From the human T2T-CHM13v2.0 reference genome, Homo sapiens, in assembly GCF_009914755.1 (NCBI RefSeq), contig NC_060934.1: 64,000 bases of DNA, one strand, 5' to 3'. Position 1 is the first letter of the stretch. Each line of letters begins with the position of its first letter. Below are positions 36,521-52,002 of the stretch, piece by piece. A program made the position numbers and the translations under genes. The notes beneath the pieces are model-generated. The model was not told the origin of the DNA. It did no database searches and saw nothing but the letters and a program-made list of their open reading frames with translations.

Positions 36521-36975
36521 AAAGAAATCATAATGTTTAGTAAGAAAATCTCATTTGATTGGCATGGGTTCACAATTTGGCCGGTGTAGAGGAAATCGGA
36601 GACTGTATGGTACTTGGGATATACTGTTGAACAATGTTCCTGCTTATATTTTAGTGGAGGGAGAAAGATAACAAAACAATAAACAGGTAGTTAGTAGATG
36701 GGAGACACTGCTATGTCTTTGTATGCTGACAGGAGTGCTTCAGAGGAGAGGGAGAAACTGGGGATTCAGGAGCCAGAGAGGTGGTAATTGTAGAATGAAG
36801 TCTTTGAGAAGCTGAGAAGTGGGACCCAATGTAAGAATGTAAGTGGAAGAATTGGCTGTGAATAGCACTAGATACTTAGTCCCAGGAGGGAAAGCAGAGA
36901 AGATATGTTCAGAGTTGGGAGTGAAGGATAAGGAAGTCTGATTACATCTATTTTTTCTGTAAAATATAAGCCAAG

Positions 36976-37309
<334 letters not shown>

Positions 37310-37479
37310 CATCAGCTAAGAGTAAAGAGTGGGGAGTGGGCATAGGAGGTTTGAGGAGAGACAGTGTGAAGTGGTCAGAGCCTGGGAAAGCGAATGAATT
37401 GAGGAAGTGTGGGAATCTTTAAGCAGTGCTGAATGCTTGTTTGTTATGGGTGTGCAAAAATTTAAAGTTAGACTGAGGC

Positions 37480-37780
37480 AGGGTCTTGTTGATCATACCT
37501 GTAGTCCCAGCACTTTAGGAAGCCAAGGCAGGAGCATCGCTTGAGGCCAGGAGTTCAAGACGAGACTGGGCAACATGGCAAGACCCCATTTCTACAAAAA
37601 AATATTTAATAAGCTGGGCATGGTGGTGTGCACCTCTAGTCCCTGCTGCTTGGGAGGCTAAGGCAAGAGGATCGCTTGAGCCCAGGAGTTTGAGGCTATA
37701 GTGAGCTAAGATTGCAACACTGCACTCCAGCCTGTGTGACCCTGTCTTGAAAAATAAATAAATAAATAAACAAACAAAAA
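37480..37780 (+). mobile_element. AluJ
   Basis: Diverged dimer. Confidence 0.85.
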
Positions 37781-39443
37781 AGACCAGTCAGCATGGTAGC
37801 GAGTCTTTCTCCAGGACCATTCACCAGCCAGGGAGCTGAGTCTTTAGAAGGCAGTGAGTGATGATGGTGTTGAACATGGATCCACAGGGAGGGCATTAGG
37901 GGCAGGGGGTGATGGACAGGAAACACATTGTAGGTAGGCTGATGGGTTAGACATGTGGATGAAGCTGAAGAGCTGCTGGATGTGAATACTAGAGTGAGCG
38001 GGCTGAAAGGATGGGAGGTTGGATCACAGAGGGACGTTCAGAGGTCAGTTGTGCTTTGCTGTGATGAGTTGGAGTTACTATGGGAGTGGGTAGCTAAGAT
38101 GGGGAGTGGATGAGAAACCCAGCGACCAAGATGTTGGCTGGATCATCCTTGCGGAGGTTGAAGTGCCCCAGGAGGGTGATAACAGTAGAGATGGAGGGGA
38201 GGACCGGGGGGGGCATGCATGATACACATATGATGATCAGCACATGACAGTGCCATGAGGGGTTCTTGATGCCAGCGTCTGGTGTCTTGAACTTCAGAGA
38301 GCTGTGATCTGGAAAAAGACTGAATCATTCCAAAGTGACAGTGATAAAGAAGACATCAGGAACCTGAAGTTGATCAACAAGTATTTGTTGCATGCCTAAT
38401 ACATGCCGAACACTATTCTAGACATTGCCATGTGAGGTGTGAACAATTAAACACTTTCCATTCAAGAGGCTTCCAGGGGTAGCCAGATTTCTGTTGTAAG
38501 AGCCACTGGGGATCCGAGAAACGTGCTGATAGTAGATTTCACATCCCAGGGGTTTGAGAACAAAGAGGCTGGGAGATTGAGTCAGCGTAATACAGAGAAG
38601 ACATGATTTTTGGTGGTGACTGAGGTAAACGGGGTTGTGAGGCACCATGGGATTAGCCCTCGTTCTCTTGTGAAGGGTTCAAAGTGAATAGTATGGGGTC
38701 CCCAGGCAGCATTTTCCACCTGTGGCCCCCAGTGGTGTGAGCCAGAGCCTCTTCCCGGGGTGTGCCCTCTTTGGCAGACGGGAACAAGAGATGGCGGAGG
38801 CCTCTTTGCTTCCTTGCAGGCATGTGACATTCTCAGAGCACAGGGGGCTGCCTGGCCTCTTCTCTCTTGCACTGTGCAGCCTTGGAGTCTTTGTGGACTA
38901 AGCAACTCAAGCTAATCCTTATACAACCTCTGACTGAGCATTAGGCCCCATCATCAGATTCTAGGCCTGAAGTTTGGCTACTGGCTTTTTCCTTCTGGTA
39001 AGGGAGTGTAGAGTGGTGGAAAGGATATTGGTTTGCTGATCTAGAGATTCCTTATTAACCCAGCTCCTGAACTGATCTGTTTCTCCATGTGATCCTGAAC
39101 AAGCCCCTCACCCTCTCATACTCTAGCCCCTGAATTTCAGACAAGGAGAGTAGGTCAGATCCTTAATATTTTTCCATTGAATACCTCTGATTTTATAAAC
39201 AAATAGTGCCCAAATAGGGGGGAAAAAAGAGCAAAGAAAATAGATAAATCAAGAAAGAAGAAATCCGATTGGCAAATAAACAAACAATTCTTAACCTCAC
39301 CAGTAATCCAAGAAATGCAAATCAAAACAGTGAGATGCCTTTTTAAATCGTCCATCAGATTGACAAAAAAATATTTAAGTGACACATCAGATATTGATGA
39401 GGTGGTGGGGAGAAGTGGCCCTTGTGTACAGCTCTAGTGAGAG

Positions 39444-40052
39444 TGATACAGATGATAGCAATTATTTAGGGAGATAGTAAGGGCAACAGAGTCCTCAGCA
39501 GAATTTCCCTTTTAGCAAAAAGCAGCCCCCAAGTAATTTCTAACAAGGCCAGCCAGAAAAATCAAGCGGACATAGAAAAGCAAGCTAGTAATTTGCACGG
39601 ATGAATACCTGCAGCTGTGCCAATAGGAAAAGGCTCCCTGGGGGCCAGGCGTGTTCAACATGGCGGCCCTTTTTCTGTGTCAACCACGTGTACAGTAAAG
39701 AAACAGACAATATGGCGCTGGCCAGGTAGAGAACCACCTGCATAATAAAAGATTAGGGTGGGGCAGCCAGGTTTTCCACCCTATGCAAATGGCATACCTA
39801 GTCCAGCCAATCTTTTATGTCCTGTGTAAATCAGACATTGCGTCCTCAAGCTCGTCTATGAAACCCCATGCATTTTGCCATGGACGCGGCAACCCATTTC
39901 TCTGGGACCTCTCTGCTGCCGAGAGCTCTTCTCTTTCTTTTGCCTATTAAATCTCTGCACTTAACCTCACTCCTTGTGTGTCAGCATCCTTGATTTCCTT
40001 TGCATGAGACAACGAACCTCAGGTATTACCCCAGACGAACTATGCCATTTCA
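39444..40052 (+). mobile_element. Complete ERV1 solo LTR (MER61/MER84-like) in MCM10 intron 2
   Basis: TG...CA termini; 4-bp TSD AGAG (39440-39443 / 40053-40056); ATTAAA at 39946; inserted into an old L1ME-like fragment. Confidence 0.85.
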
Positions 40053-40257
40053 AGAGTGCATCCACTTTGAGAACAATTTGGCAGCATCTAGCAAAATTGG
40101 AAAACGTGGATACCCAGCAATCCAGCAATTCCATTTCTGATAGATATTCCCAAGAAACACATGTGCGAGAAGACGGATACACGATTACAGCGTATTTAGT
40201 AGTGGGGAAAAATTAGAAATAGCCCATATTGTCCTTTATTGGAAAATGGATTAATGA

Positions 40258-40623
<366 letters not shown>

Positions 40624-41539
40624 AGAACTATATGTTTTGATTTGGGTTAATCTTACAAGCAATGTTGAATGAACCTGGAATGCAGAGTAATGCAGTGTGG
40701 AATATTTATGTAAATATTTTTAAAACCATCTAATATAGATTGACTATGACTGCCTATATATTTATGTAAAAGCATAAGAATGGACTGGAATGATGCCTCA
40801 AAATTATGAAAGTGATTACAATGGGAAGTGGGGGCAGTGGTCAGGAGTTGGGATAAGATTTGGCATGACAGACTTCATCTGGAAGGTGTTATTTAATGTT
40901 AAAGGCAAGAAGCAAACAACAAAATGTTAATGATGGCTAATTCTGGGTGATGGGATCTTAGTATTTTTTATATAGTTTGTATCTTTTTTTTTTTAAATCT
41001 CAAATAATTTGAAGGTCAGGAATTATATACATCTAAAGCCTAAATCTATGTTTGGTGTTTTAAAATTATTCCCTTGTTGGTTGAATTTCATGGAAGTCGG
41101 TGTGCGGGAAGCTGTCTCATTGATTGGAGTAGAATGCTTGAGGACATTTGGCCCCGTGGCTGGCCCACTCTACTCACTAAGCAGTATTGGCTCCTTCTTA
41201 GCCCAGTGTCCCCTAAGAAGCACCTGGGGACAAGAAAGATGGAGACAAGGAGAACAAAGACCAGGCAAAATGGTGCATCTGTAGGTTTTTGTTTTTTTTG
41301 TTTGTTTGTTTGTTTGTTTTTTTAGTTTCAGCTTTCATTTTAGATTCAGGCTTGTTACAGAGATGTATATATAGTGTGATGCTGAGGTTTGGAGTATGGT
41401 TGAACCCATCACCCAGGTAATGAGCATTGTACCCATTAGGTAGTTTCTCTTACCCCCATGGGGTCATTTAAATTGCCTAAAGTTGAATGTTTGGAATTAG
41501 CTGTGCTTATTCTCTGTCCTTTCTCTTCTTTTCCCCTAG

Positions 41540-41881
41540 AGGAGGAAGACAATCTGTCTCTGCTGACCGCACTGCTGGAAGAAAATGAGTCAGCCTTGGA
41601 TTGTAATTCAGAAGAAAATAACTTCTTGACGCGGGAAAATGGCGAGCCCGACGCATTTGATGAGCTCTTTGATGCCGACGGCGACGGTGAATCTTATACA
41701 GAAGAGGCTGATGATGGAGAAACAGGAGAGACAAGAGACGAAAAGGAAAATCTGGCCACTCTCTTTGGAGATATGGAGGACTTAACAGATGAAGAAGAAG
41801 TTCCCGCATCACAGTCAACTGAAAATAGGGTCCTCCCTGCTCCTGCCCCCAGGCGAGAGAAAACGAATGAAGAGTTGCAAG
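41540..41881 (+). CDS. MCM10: MCM10 exon 3 (acidic N-terminus)
   Basis: ttttcccctag| acceptor; EEEDNLSLLTALLEENESA...EKTNEELQ; donor CAAG|gtgccc. Confidence 0.96.
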
Positions 41882-42374
41882 GTGCCCTAACTACTTGCCT
41901 TCCTTATTTCTTTCGGATAAGTTGGATGAAGACCACCAATCTGATAGTTGTCATCAAAATAGCTGCTGATTCAAGGGTAGAGATAAATGACTTTGTAAAA
42001 AAAGAAAAAAAGAAAGAAAATTATATGAGTTGGTAGATGAAATGTTTGGGCCAGCATTTCAGCACAAACTATAGACTCTATCAGTGTCAGCCAGCTGCAC
42101 TTGATCCTGTACGGAATGGCTCTGAAACTTTTCATATTTCTTATGGAATAGTAGCACTTTGGGATGTATGTGGATGTGGAGCCAGAGACAAGGTTGCAAA
42201 GCTGCCACATATCTATTTGAGCAGAGCATTCCTGAACAGAAGCTTTGACACATGTTCTTTTCTCATTCCTGGCATCTCATACATGTTTAAGCTATAGTAA
42301 AATTCAATGGTTAGCTGTTTCTTCTAATACAGAAGCCAGCATTTATTATATTAGTTATGATATCCAATTTATGA

Positions 42375-42722
<348 letters not shown>

Positions 42723-42993
42723 TAACTGTGGATTTTATTTGATATCTCTTAATAGTAAAGATTTATAACTAGTTTGACTATTGGGTGCTTCGTTTACTTT
42801 AAATAAAATATGTATTTCTCTAAGAGACCTCTTTGAAGTACCAAAGTTAATCATGAGCTTTGGGTATGTGATTATATTGTGGGTCTCAAGGTATTGGGGC
42901 AGGGAGTGGACAACAAAAATATTGCCCGCATTTTTGTCATGTAGAACGTTTTCTCCTGCCTGGTTCTTAAATTAACATATTTTCATTTCCTAG

Positions 42994-43098
42994 AGGAATT
43001 AAGGAATTTGCAAGAGCAAATGAAGGCCTTACAAGAGCAGCTAAAAGTAACAACAATTAAACAGACAGCAAGCCCAGCCCGTCTGCAAAAATCCCCTG
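42994..43098 (+). CDS. MCM10: MCM10 exon 4 (N-terminal coiled coil)
   Basis: ttcctag|; EELRNLQEQMKALQEQLK...QKSP; G|gtaaga. Confidence 0.96.
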
Positions 43099-43242
43099 GT
43101 AAGAAGACTGTCATTCTGGCAATCGTGTGCATTTATTTTATTAGAAATTATCACATCATTTCTGCATCCAACTCCTGTCCAAACAGCCCTTTGAACCTCT
43201 TTCTGAATGGGTTTTTACTCACTTATTTTACTTTTGATTAAG

Positions 43243-43383
43243 TAGAGAAGTCTCCCCGGCCACCTCTTAAGGAGAGGAGAGTTCAGAGAATTCAGGAGTC
43301 AACATGCTTTTCTGCGGAGCTTGATGTCCCTGCGCTACCAAGAACCAAGAGGGTGGCTCGAACACCAAAGGCTTCACCTCCAG
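43243..43383 (+). CDS. MCM10: MCM10 exon 5 (tandem AAG/TAG acceptor; alternative start 43246)
   Basis: (V)EKSPRPPLKERRVQRIQESTCF...KASPP; donor CAG|gtgtag. Confidence 0.94.
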
Positions 43384-43584
43384 GTGTAGTACTTGCGGTC
43401 TCAGTATCTTGGCACTATTGTATGTGTTTGTGTGTGTGGGGGTGTTCATGTGTGTGTGGGTGTCTGTGTCTTTTGGTCTGTCTTATGTCCCCATTGAGAA
43501 AGAAAGAAAGTTTCTTGGGAATGGAAGCCACATGATATATTTTGTGTTCTTCGTCTACATCTCAAAGTGCCTAGAAAATCCTTA

Positions 43585-43830
43585 GGGCCAAGGCACGCGG
43601 CAGGAAGATTGCTTGATCCTAGGAGTTTGAGGCCAGGCTGGGTAGTATAGCAAGACCCTATCTCTACAGTAATAAAATTAGCCAGGTGTGTTGCTTGCCT
43701 GTAGTCTCAGCTACCTGAGAGGCTGAGGTGGGAGGATCATTTGAGCTCAGGAGGTTGAGGCTAGAGTGAGCTGTCATCACACCACTGCACTCCATCCTGT
43801 TCCAGAGTAAGACCCTGTCTGAGAAAAGGA
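43585..43830 (+). mobile_element. Truncated AluJ
   Basis: Flanked by the repeat gaaaatccttagg. Confidence 0.8.
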
Positions 43831-44664
43831 AAATCCTTAGGTACAGAGTAGCTATTTACTAAGTACTTAACAGGTTGAATTTTTTTTTTTAGCTCTGTAG
43901 TCTCATAGTTTTACCTGGACTGTAGTAAGTAAAGCCACTGGTTAGGTTCTCATGCTTTAGACTTGTGAGGTTATTCCCTTAGAAAATGGTCAAGTTTTAT
44001 TTGAAGCCAGGTCGTATCAAATCAAAAGGGCTGTTTTCTGGAAAAGACTTCTTTGCCACTAGTAGAGGATGGTATTCAAATACAGTCCTAGTTCAGCACA
44101 CACATGTATATGCACAAAACAGCAGTGAAAAGGCTTTCTGCCCTATGTATTGCTTTTCTTTTATTGCCGGGAGACCTAAGACAAGATGGGCCTGATAAAA
44201 CATGGGTTGGAGGACACAGCATTTTATTGGCTGCACGTGTTTGGAAAAGCCCCTTTGAATAGCATGGGTCTGTGCCACAGTCGTAGAGAACTACTTCCGC
44301 CTGAGTGTTCACATTAATCTGACAGCAAGTTATATATTCAGATATCCATTCAGGAGTAGCATCCATCCCCTCAGGACCTTTGGCATTACTAGGGTGTTGC
44401 ATTAGGTAATGTCCAAAGTTTGGTTTTAAGGGGTGGGGAATGGGCCTGGCCTCTAGGTTCTAAAGTTCTAGGGTCACCCTGGCCCCCAGTGTGAGAGCAG
44501 TGATCCAAAGTCCCTTTGAGGGCAAACAACAATCTTATGAAAGAGAGAGTGATATTTTATTAAGGAAAATACCCAAGCATCTGACTTTCAGGAGAATTAT
44601 CAAACACTTCTAAAATATGAAAAGTAACTCCATCAGGGATATTTAATGAAGCAATAGTAAATAG

Positions 44665-45028
<364 letters not shown>

Positions 45029-45179
45029 TTCTTAAAGTAGAATTTGAACTGTACATAAATCTCCACTAATTACTCATTCTGAAGGAGGTCTTGTCCTCCC
45101 TTTGATAATCTGCGCCAGTGCTCTGTATCTTGATGAATATTCAGTAAACATCATTGCATAGAGAATCAGTATTATAGAG

Positions 45180-45382
45180 TGGAACTATCTAGTACAGTAG
45201 CCACTAGCCACCTGTGGATATTTAAGTTAAAATTAGATTAAATTTAGTTAGAAATGTATTTCCTTAAAAGCACAGGGTCACATTTAAGTGACTGATGGTC
45301 ACATGTGTCTGGTAGCTAGCACCCTATTGGACAGCACCAATGTACAACATTATTATCATCAGAGAAAGTTCTATTGGACTGT
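45180..45382. mobile_element. MER3-like hAT/Charlie element
   Basis: gtagccactagccac...ctattggacagcac...gaaagttctattggac. Confidence 0.65.
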
Positions 45383-45466
45383 AAGTCCAAGAAATGGTCT
45401 TGTGGGGCATGCTTTGTTCCCAAGATTTGATTATTGCATGTGTTGCTTTAAAAAAGGAACAATCCT

Positions 45467-46045
<579 letters not shown>

Positions 46046-46129
46046 AACAAATCCGTAAAAACAAATTTCCAAATTCCGTTCGTGATTATCAGTGTGGTTG
46101 CCTTTTCATTAATTGTGTTAATTTTCTAG

Positions 46130-46301
46130 ATCCCAAAAGCTCATCTTCAAGGATGACAAGTGCACCCTCCCAACCCCTACAGACGATTTCTCGGAACAAA
46201 CCTAGTGGGATAACTAGAGGTCAAATTGTGGGGACCCCAGGAAGTTCTGGGGAAACGACTCAACCCATCTGTGTGGAAGCCTTCTCTGGTCTGCGGCTCA
46301 G
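46130..46301 (+). CDS. MCM10: MCM10 exon 6
   Basis: ttttctag|; DPKSSSSRMTSAPSQ...VEAFSGLRLR; AG|gtcagt. Confidence 0.95.
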
Positions 46302-47235
46302 GTCAGTAGCTAAACCATCTATTCATGTGCGCCACGGCATAGCTTTTTGTGCCTCTCGGAGTCCTTTAGAAGTAGTGTGTTTATACATCAGGATCCACAA
46401 AACACCAGCAGCTCTTGAACTGGACAAAACACCACTGGAAGACTAGCAGTAGCCCTAGGTTTGACTAAGTACAGTTGCATATAAAATGTTTAAGAAAGAC
46501 TTTTTCTTGTGTATGTAATCAACAAAGAATCTGTATCTATAAAAAGAAATGGACAAATGGTAGTATATTTAATCAGAAATTGACAGATGGAAATAGTAGA
46601 TTTTTAAAATTTTTCTCCATCTCTATTGAGGTATAATTTAGACTTTTTAAATACACAGACAGTTTAACCAGGATAATATTTATGCAATTAAGCAATTACT
46701 GGATTGCTTTGGCTCTTCTGGGTCTTTTGCGGTTCTGTATAAATTTTAGGATCATTTTTTCTATTTCTATTGATTCTTGTAGTTGATGTTAAGAAAAATA
46801 GCTATGCTGTTTTTCTTTCTAATAGTCTTTTTAAGGCAAATTTATATTCTTTGCATCTGTTATAGGGATACATTTAAGATAGCCTGTTATAATAGGAATA
46901 TATTCCAAGCTCAATCCAATTAAAAGCTATATTCAAATCTTGGACTTTTTTCTAACTTTATTTTAATTTTTTTAATTATCTATACTCTGTATCACTACTC
47001 CATTGCATCTCCATCATTACATCTGGATAATCCCAGGGCAGAACAGTACTCCTTACTGTGAGACTGGATTGCTTTTAGCACAGTCCATTTGAGGAACCAA
47101 GTGAAACCCTCTAAAACTCTGAAACCTTGTCAGTGTAAATATCAGCCAACAACTAAAACTGCTAAGCTCTTAAAGTATATATTATTAGCAGAGGAGAACA
47201 AGTGTTGCCAACATACAATAAAAGTGTATTATAAG

Positions 47236-47520
47236 GCTGGGCGTGGTAGCTCACACCTGCTATCCCAACACTTTGGGAGGCCAAGGCAGGAGGATTGCTT
47301 GAAGTCAGGAGCTCGAGACTAGCTGGGGTAACATAGTGAGACCTCATCTCTACAAAAAGTAAATTAGCTGGACACAGTGGTGTGCACCTGTAGTCCTAGC
47401 TACCTGGGGGTGCTGAGGCAGGAAGTTCGCTTGAGCCCAGGAGTTCAAGACTGCAGTGAGCTATGATCATACCACTGCACTCCAGCCTGGGCAACAGAAC
47501 AAGACCTTGTTTCCACAAAC
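47236..47520 (+). mobile_element. AluJ
   Basis: Diverged dimer. Confidence 0.85.
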
Positions 47521-47944
47521 AAGAAGTGTCTTGTAAAGAGTTGGTATTCTCCAAAACTGAAGAATGTATTTATATCTTAATTACATCTGAGACAGACTCT
47601 AAGAAACAGAATACAGCAGTAGAAGCTGTGGTTCTCATTGAGGGGGCTGCAGGCTTCCTTCTCAAGGTAGAGAATTGCCCCCACCTGAGATGCTACTGCC
47701 TGCCCCAGCCATGGCCCACTTGAAGCTCCCTATGGGTAATGAACCATGTTGCTGCTGGTGGGCATTTATTGCACATGTGAATCAGAATTGAGATAGAAGA
47801 GACTTAAACTACTCAGCAAAAGCTTCTGAGTGGCTTTTAAATTTAAGGGATCACAGAATTGTTTGGGTCTCTTTGTCATTGTTAAATGTGAACCTCAGGC
47901 CTTAAAAATACTCTAAAGGACATATTAATAGAAATTCCCCGACA

Positions 47945-48130
47945 CAGGTCGAGGGTCCCTTATCCAAAATGCTTGGGACCAGAACTGTTTTGGATTTTGG
48001 ATTCTGGAATATTTACATTTAATAGACTTGCTAGTTAAGCATCCCAAATCTGAAAATCCCAAATCTGAAATGCTGCAGTATTTCCTTTGAGTGTCATGTT
48101 TGTGCTCAAAAGTTTTAGATTTTGGAGCTT
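47945..48130. mobile_element. Tigger4/MER46-like fragment
   Basis: cccttatccaaaatgcttgggaccagaa...tttcctttgagtgtcatgt. Confidence 0.7.
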
Positions 48131-48200
48131 TTTTTTTTTTTTAATCTATTAACTCATTGTTACAGAAAAAACCCTGGGCTGTATAGAAGAACCTTTCCCT

Positions 48201-48476
48201 AGCTGGGCATGGTGGCTTACACCTGTAATCCCAGCACTTAGGGAGGCTGAGGGTGGCAGATTGCTTGAGCTCAGGAGTTTGAGACCAGCCTGGGCAACAG
48301 GACAAAACCCCATCTCTACAGAAACAAAATTTAGCCCGGTGTGGTGACATGCGCCTCTAGTTCCAGCTGCTTGGTAGGCTGAGTGGGGAAGTCAAGGCTG
48401 CAGCGGGCCAAGATTGTGCCACTGCGCTCCATCCTGGACAACAGAGCAAGACCCTATCTCAAAAAAAAAAAAAAAG
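48201..48476 (+). mobile_element. AluJ
   Basis: Dimer with A tail. Confidence 0.85.
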
Positions 48477-48574
48477 TTTCCTCAGAACTGAGAAGGATCC
48501 AAAAGCCAAAGAATGACTCGGACTTATATGTAAGGCACCCCTGGATGGCAGCAAGATTGTTTGGGAGATCTGCT

Positions 48575-49835
48575 TATTTGTCTATTTTTGCTTTGGTTAC
48601 CTGTGCTTTCGTGTTACTACTCAACAAATCTTAGCCAAGACCAATGTCCTAGAGAGTTTCCCCAATGTTTTCTTTTAGTAATCTCATAGCTTTGGGTCTT
48701 AGATTTAAGTCTTTAATCTTTTTTTTGAGACAGTCTTGCTCTGTTCCCTGGCTGTAGTACAGTATCGTGATCTCAGCTCACTGCAACCTCTGCCTCCCGA
48801 GTTCAAGTGATTCTCTTGCCTCTCAGCCTCCCGAGTAGCTCAGACTACAAGCACGCACCACAGTGCCTGGCTAATTTTTGTATTTTTAGTAGAAACCGCC
48901 ATGCTGGCCAGGCTGGTCTCAAACTCCTGACCTCAGGTGATCCACCTGCCTCGGCCTCCCAAAGTGCTGGGATTACAGGCGTGAGCCACGGTGCCCAGCC
49001 TCTTGAATACATTTTGAGTTGATTTTTGTATATGGCGAGAGATAGGGATCTAGTTTCATTCTCCTGCATATGGATATCCAGTTTTCCCTGCACCATTTGT
49101 TGAAGAGACTGTCCTTTCCCCAATGTATGTTCTTTGCACCTTTGTTGAAAATGAGTTCATTGCAGATTTATGGATTCGTTTCTGGTTTCTCTATGCCAGT
49201 ACCATGCTGTTTTGGTTACTATAGCTTTCGTATAATTTGAAGTCAGGTAATGTGATTCCTCCAGTTTTGTTCTTTTTGCTCGGGATTGCTTTGGCTATTT
49301 TGGGTCTTTTGTGATTCCATATACCTTTAGGGTTGTTTTTTCTGTTTCTGTGAAGACTGTCATTGGTACTTTGATGGAGATTGCATTGACGCTCTAGATT
49401 GCTTTGGATTGTATGGACAGTTGAACAACATTGATTCTTTAAATCCATCAACATAGGCTATTTTTCCATATTTGGTATCCTCTTTAATTTCTTGCATCAA
49501 TGTCTTTTAGTTTTTATTGTAGAGATCTTTCACTTCTTTGGTTAAGTGTATTCCTAGGTGTTTTATTTGGAGCAGTTGTAAATGGGATTACTTTCTTGAT
49601 TTCTTTTTCAGATTGTTCGTTGTTGGCATCTAGAAATGCTACTGATTTTTGAATATTGATTTTGTATCCTGCAACTTTATTGAATTTATTTATCAGTGCT
49701 AATAGTTTTTTGGTGGAGTCTTCAGGTTTTTCCAAATATAAGATCATTATCATCTGCAAACAGGGATAATTTGACTTTTTCTTTTCCAATTTGGATGCCC
49801 TTTATTTCTTTCTCATCTGATTGCTCTAGCTAGGA
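48575..49835 (-). mobile_element. L1 ORF2 fragment (antisense, MCM10 intron 6) with a nested Alu
   Basis: Minus-strand peptides [15 protein letters not shown] and YLEKPEDSTKKLL...GYKINIQKSVAFL. Confidence 0.85.
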
Positions 49836-50582
49836 CTCCCCTAAGCTGTTTGCCTACTGTGTATGTGTGATGAGGCTCTTTTCTTGGTGTGTTCCCAGAT
49901 ATGCTCCAGAATGGTTGGGTTCTTAGGGACATCTGCTCCTTGGCTGGACACCATGGCTGTGGCCCCCTACCTGGCCTTCAGGGTTCAGGCAGCTGACATA
50001 CACCCTTAAGTAACTTGGGGTCGGGGGGAGCCTATCACACTACAATCACAGAAATCAGCCAAAGGAAAGAATTTTCCCACTGAAGTCAGTGTTTTGCTTC
50101 CTGAATATTCTTCATTGTTCAAACTTAGCTCTGGGACTTTCTGTTCCAGAAGACTCATGAAATAGTGAAGAACCATGTTTTTCTCTTAGTGTCTTTTCTC
50201 GTCTGCAAATATATAACGCTATCAAAGATGAAACAAATGTTAATAACCCTAAGAGTTTTTTGACTCAGTCATTAGGAATAAGAATATATTAATTGAAGCT
50301 ACATTCAAAAGCCTTTATTGTATGTCAAAATGTTGTCTTTAAAAAAAATTCAATTAGAATAGTAGAACCTGTGAAATTCTTGCATAATCGATGAAATTTA
50401 AGTGTCTTATTTATGAATATTAATTCATGGTTTTGTAATAAAGTAAAAAAGATTGTTTGCAGAAGAATATTAAAATTTGCATAATTTAAGAGCTTAAAGG
50501 ATTTGCGATCTTTCTTGTATTCTATATAAGCCCTAGATCTATATCCAAAGAAAGGCAAACCTAGCTTTAAAAATTATCTTAG

Positions 50583-50878
<296 letters not shown>

Positions 50879-51053
50879 AATTATTTATTTATTTGCTATA
50901 AAAATGGATGCCTTGGTCATACTATATAACTAAGCTTCCCAAGAACAGGTACTGTAGAGGTTTCTGACCATCACACTCCCTTACCACCTGCTAAGGTGCC
51001 AGGTAATTTCTTTATTAGAATCATAATTACTAATCGCTGGTTTCTTAACCCAG

Positions 51054-51219
51054 GCGGCCTCGAGTATCCTCCACAGAAATGAACAAGAAAATGACCGGCC
51101 GAAAACTGATCAGACTGTCTCAGATCAAGGAAAAGATGGCCAGAGAGAAGCTGGAAGAAATAGATTGGGTGACATTTGGGGTTATATTGAAGAAGGTTAC
51201 GCCACAGAGTGTGAATAGT
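51054..51219 (+). CDS. MCM10: MCM10 exon 7 (start of internal-domain OB-fold)
   Basis: aacccag|; RPRVSSTEMNKKM...DWVTFGVILKKVTPQSVNS; |gtaagc. Confidence 0.96.
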
Positions 51220-52002
51220 GTAAGCCATTGTATTGGTTTCTTAGCTGTTTTACTACAAACTGACAGTGGGAATTCGATGTCCTGAATTTGTTAACTGGAA
51301 CCTGTTGGTGTTTCATTTAGAAATAAGTATAGTAAGTTCCAGAATCACCACACATCATTGAGTTGGTATCCAGCGGGTATAAGCAAAGGATGCCCTATTT
51401 AAATAAGACCTGGTGGTACAGGTTTCTTGGGCTTTCCATTGTCCAAATCATCCTTACTGCATTTCACTTGTCATTGTTTTGGGTGACACATGTGGTTGTC
51501 CCTGTGACACTGTGATCTCTCCCATGGAGGAGAGGCGCAAGTAACCAAAGAGGCTGAGCTCACCGATTCTTTGGAGGTCCCTTTAGATGTAAAGTACCAA
51601 CCACAAAAGTGCTGAAATTGCTGGCCTGTGTCAGTGCCGTGTGATATATTTAATTTGATGGTTATTACCAAAGATCTAACAAGTTTCAAAATCACTTTTG
51701 ACTGAGTCATAAATGGGAAAGTTATTCTGTGACCTGGCAAGTCAGATAGCCTGTCTTCTAAGCCTTGTGCCTTTAACTAGCGATGTTACCTTAGGTTGGC
51801 TGTTAATCTTTCTTTACCGGCTTCCATTTCCTTATTTATAAAATGAAGGAACTGACTTTGATTAGATTGAAAATCTCTCCTATCTCTAAAATGCTATGAT
51901 TGATCATGCTCAATCATGACGTTATTCTCTAATTTAGATCTTGGCCCACCTTTGGTTTTTCGTTAGAGCTGACATGGGGTTGAATTTTAAGAGTACCTGG
52001 TC

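Noticed and set aside
49840-50045. Possible MER66-like LTR end
   Set aside because: Resemblance from memory only; termini and TSD not established.
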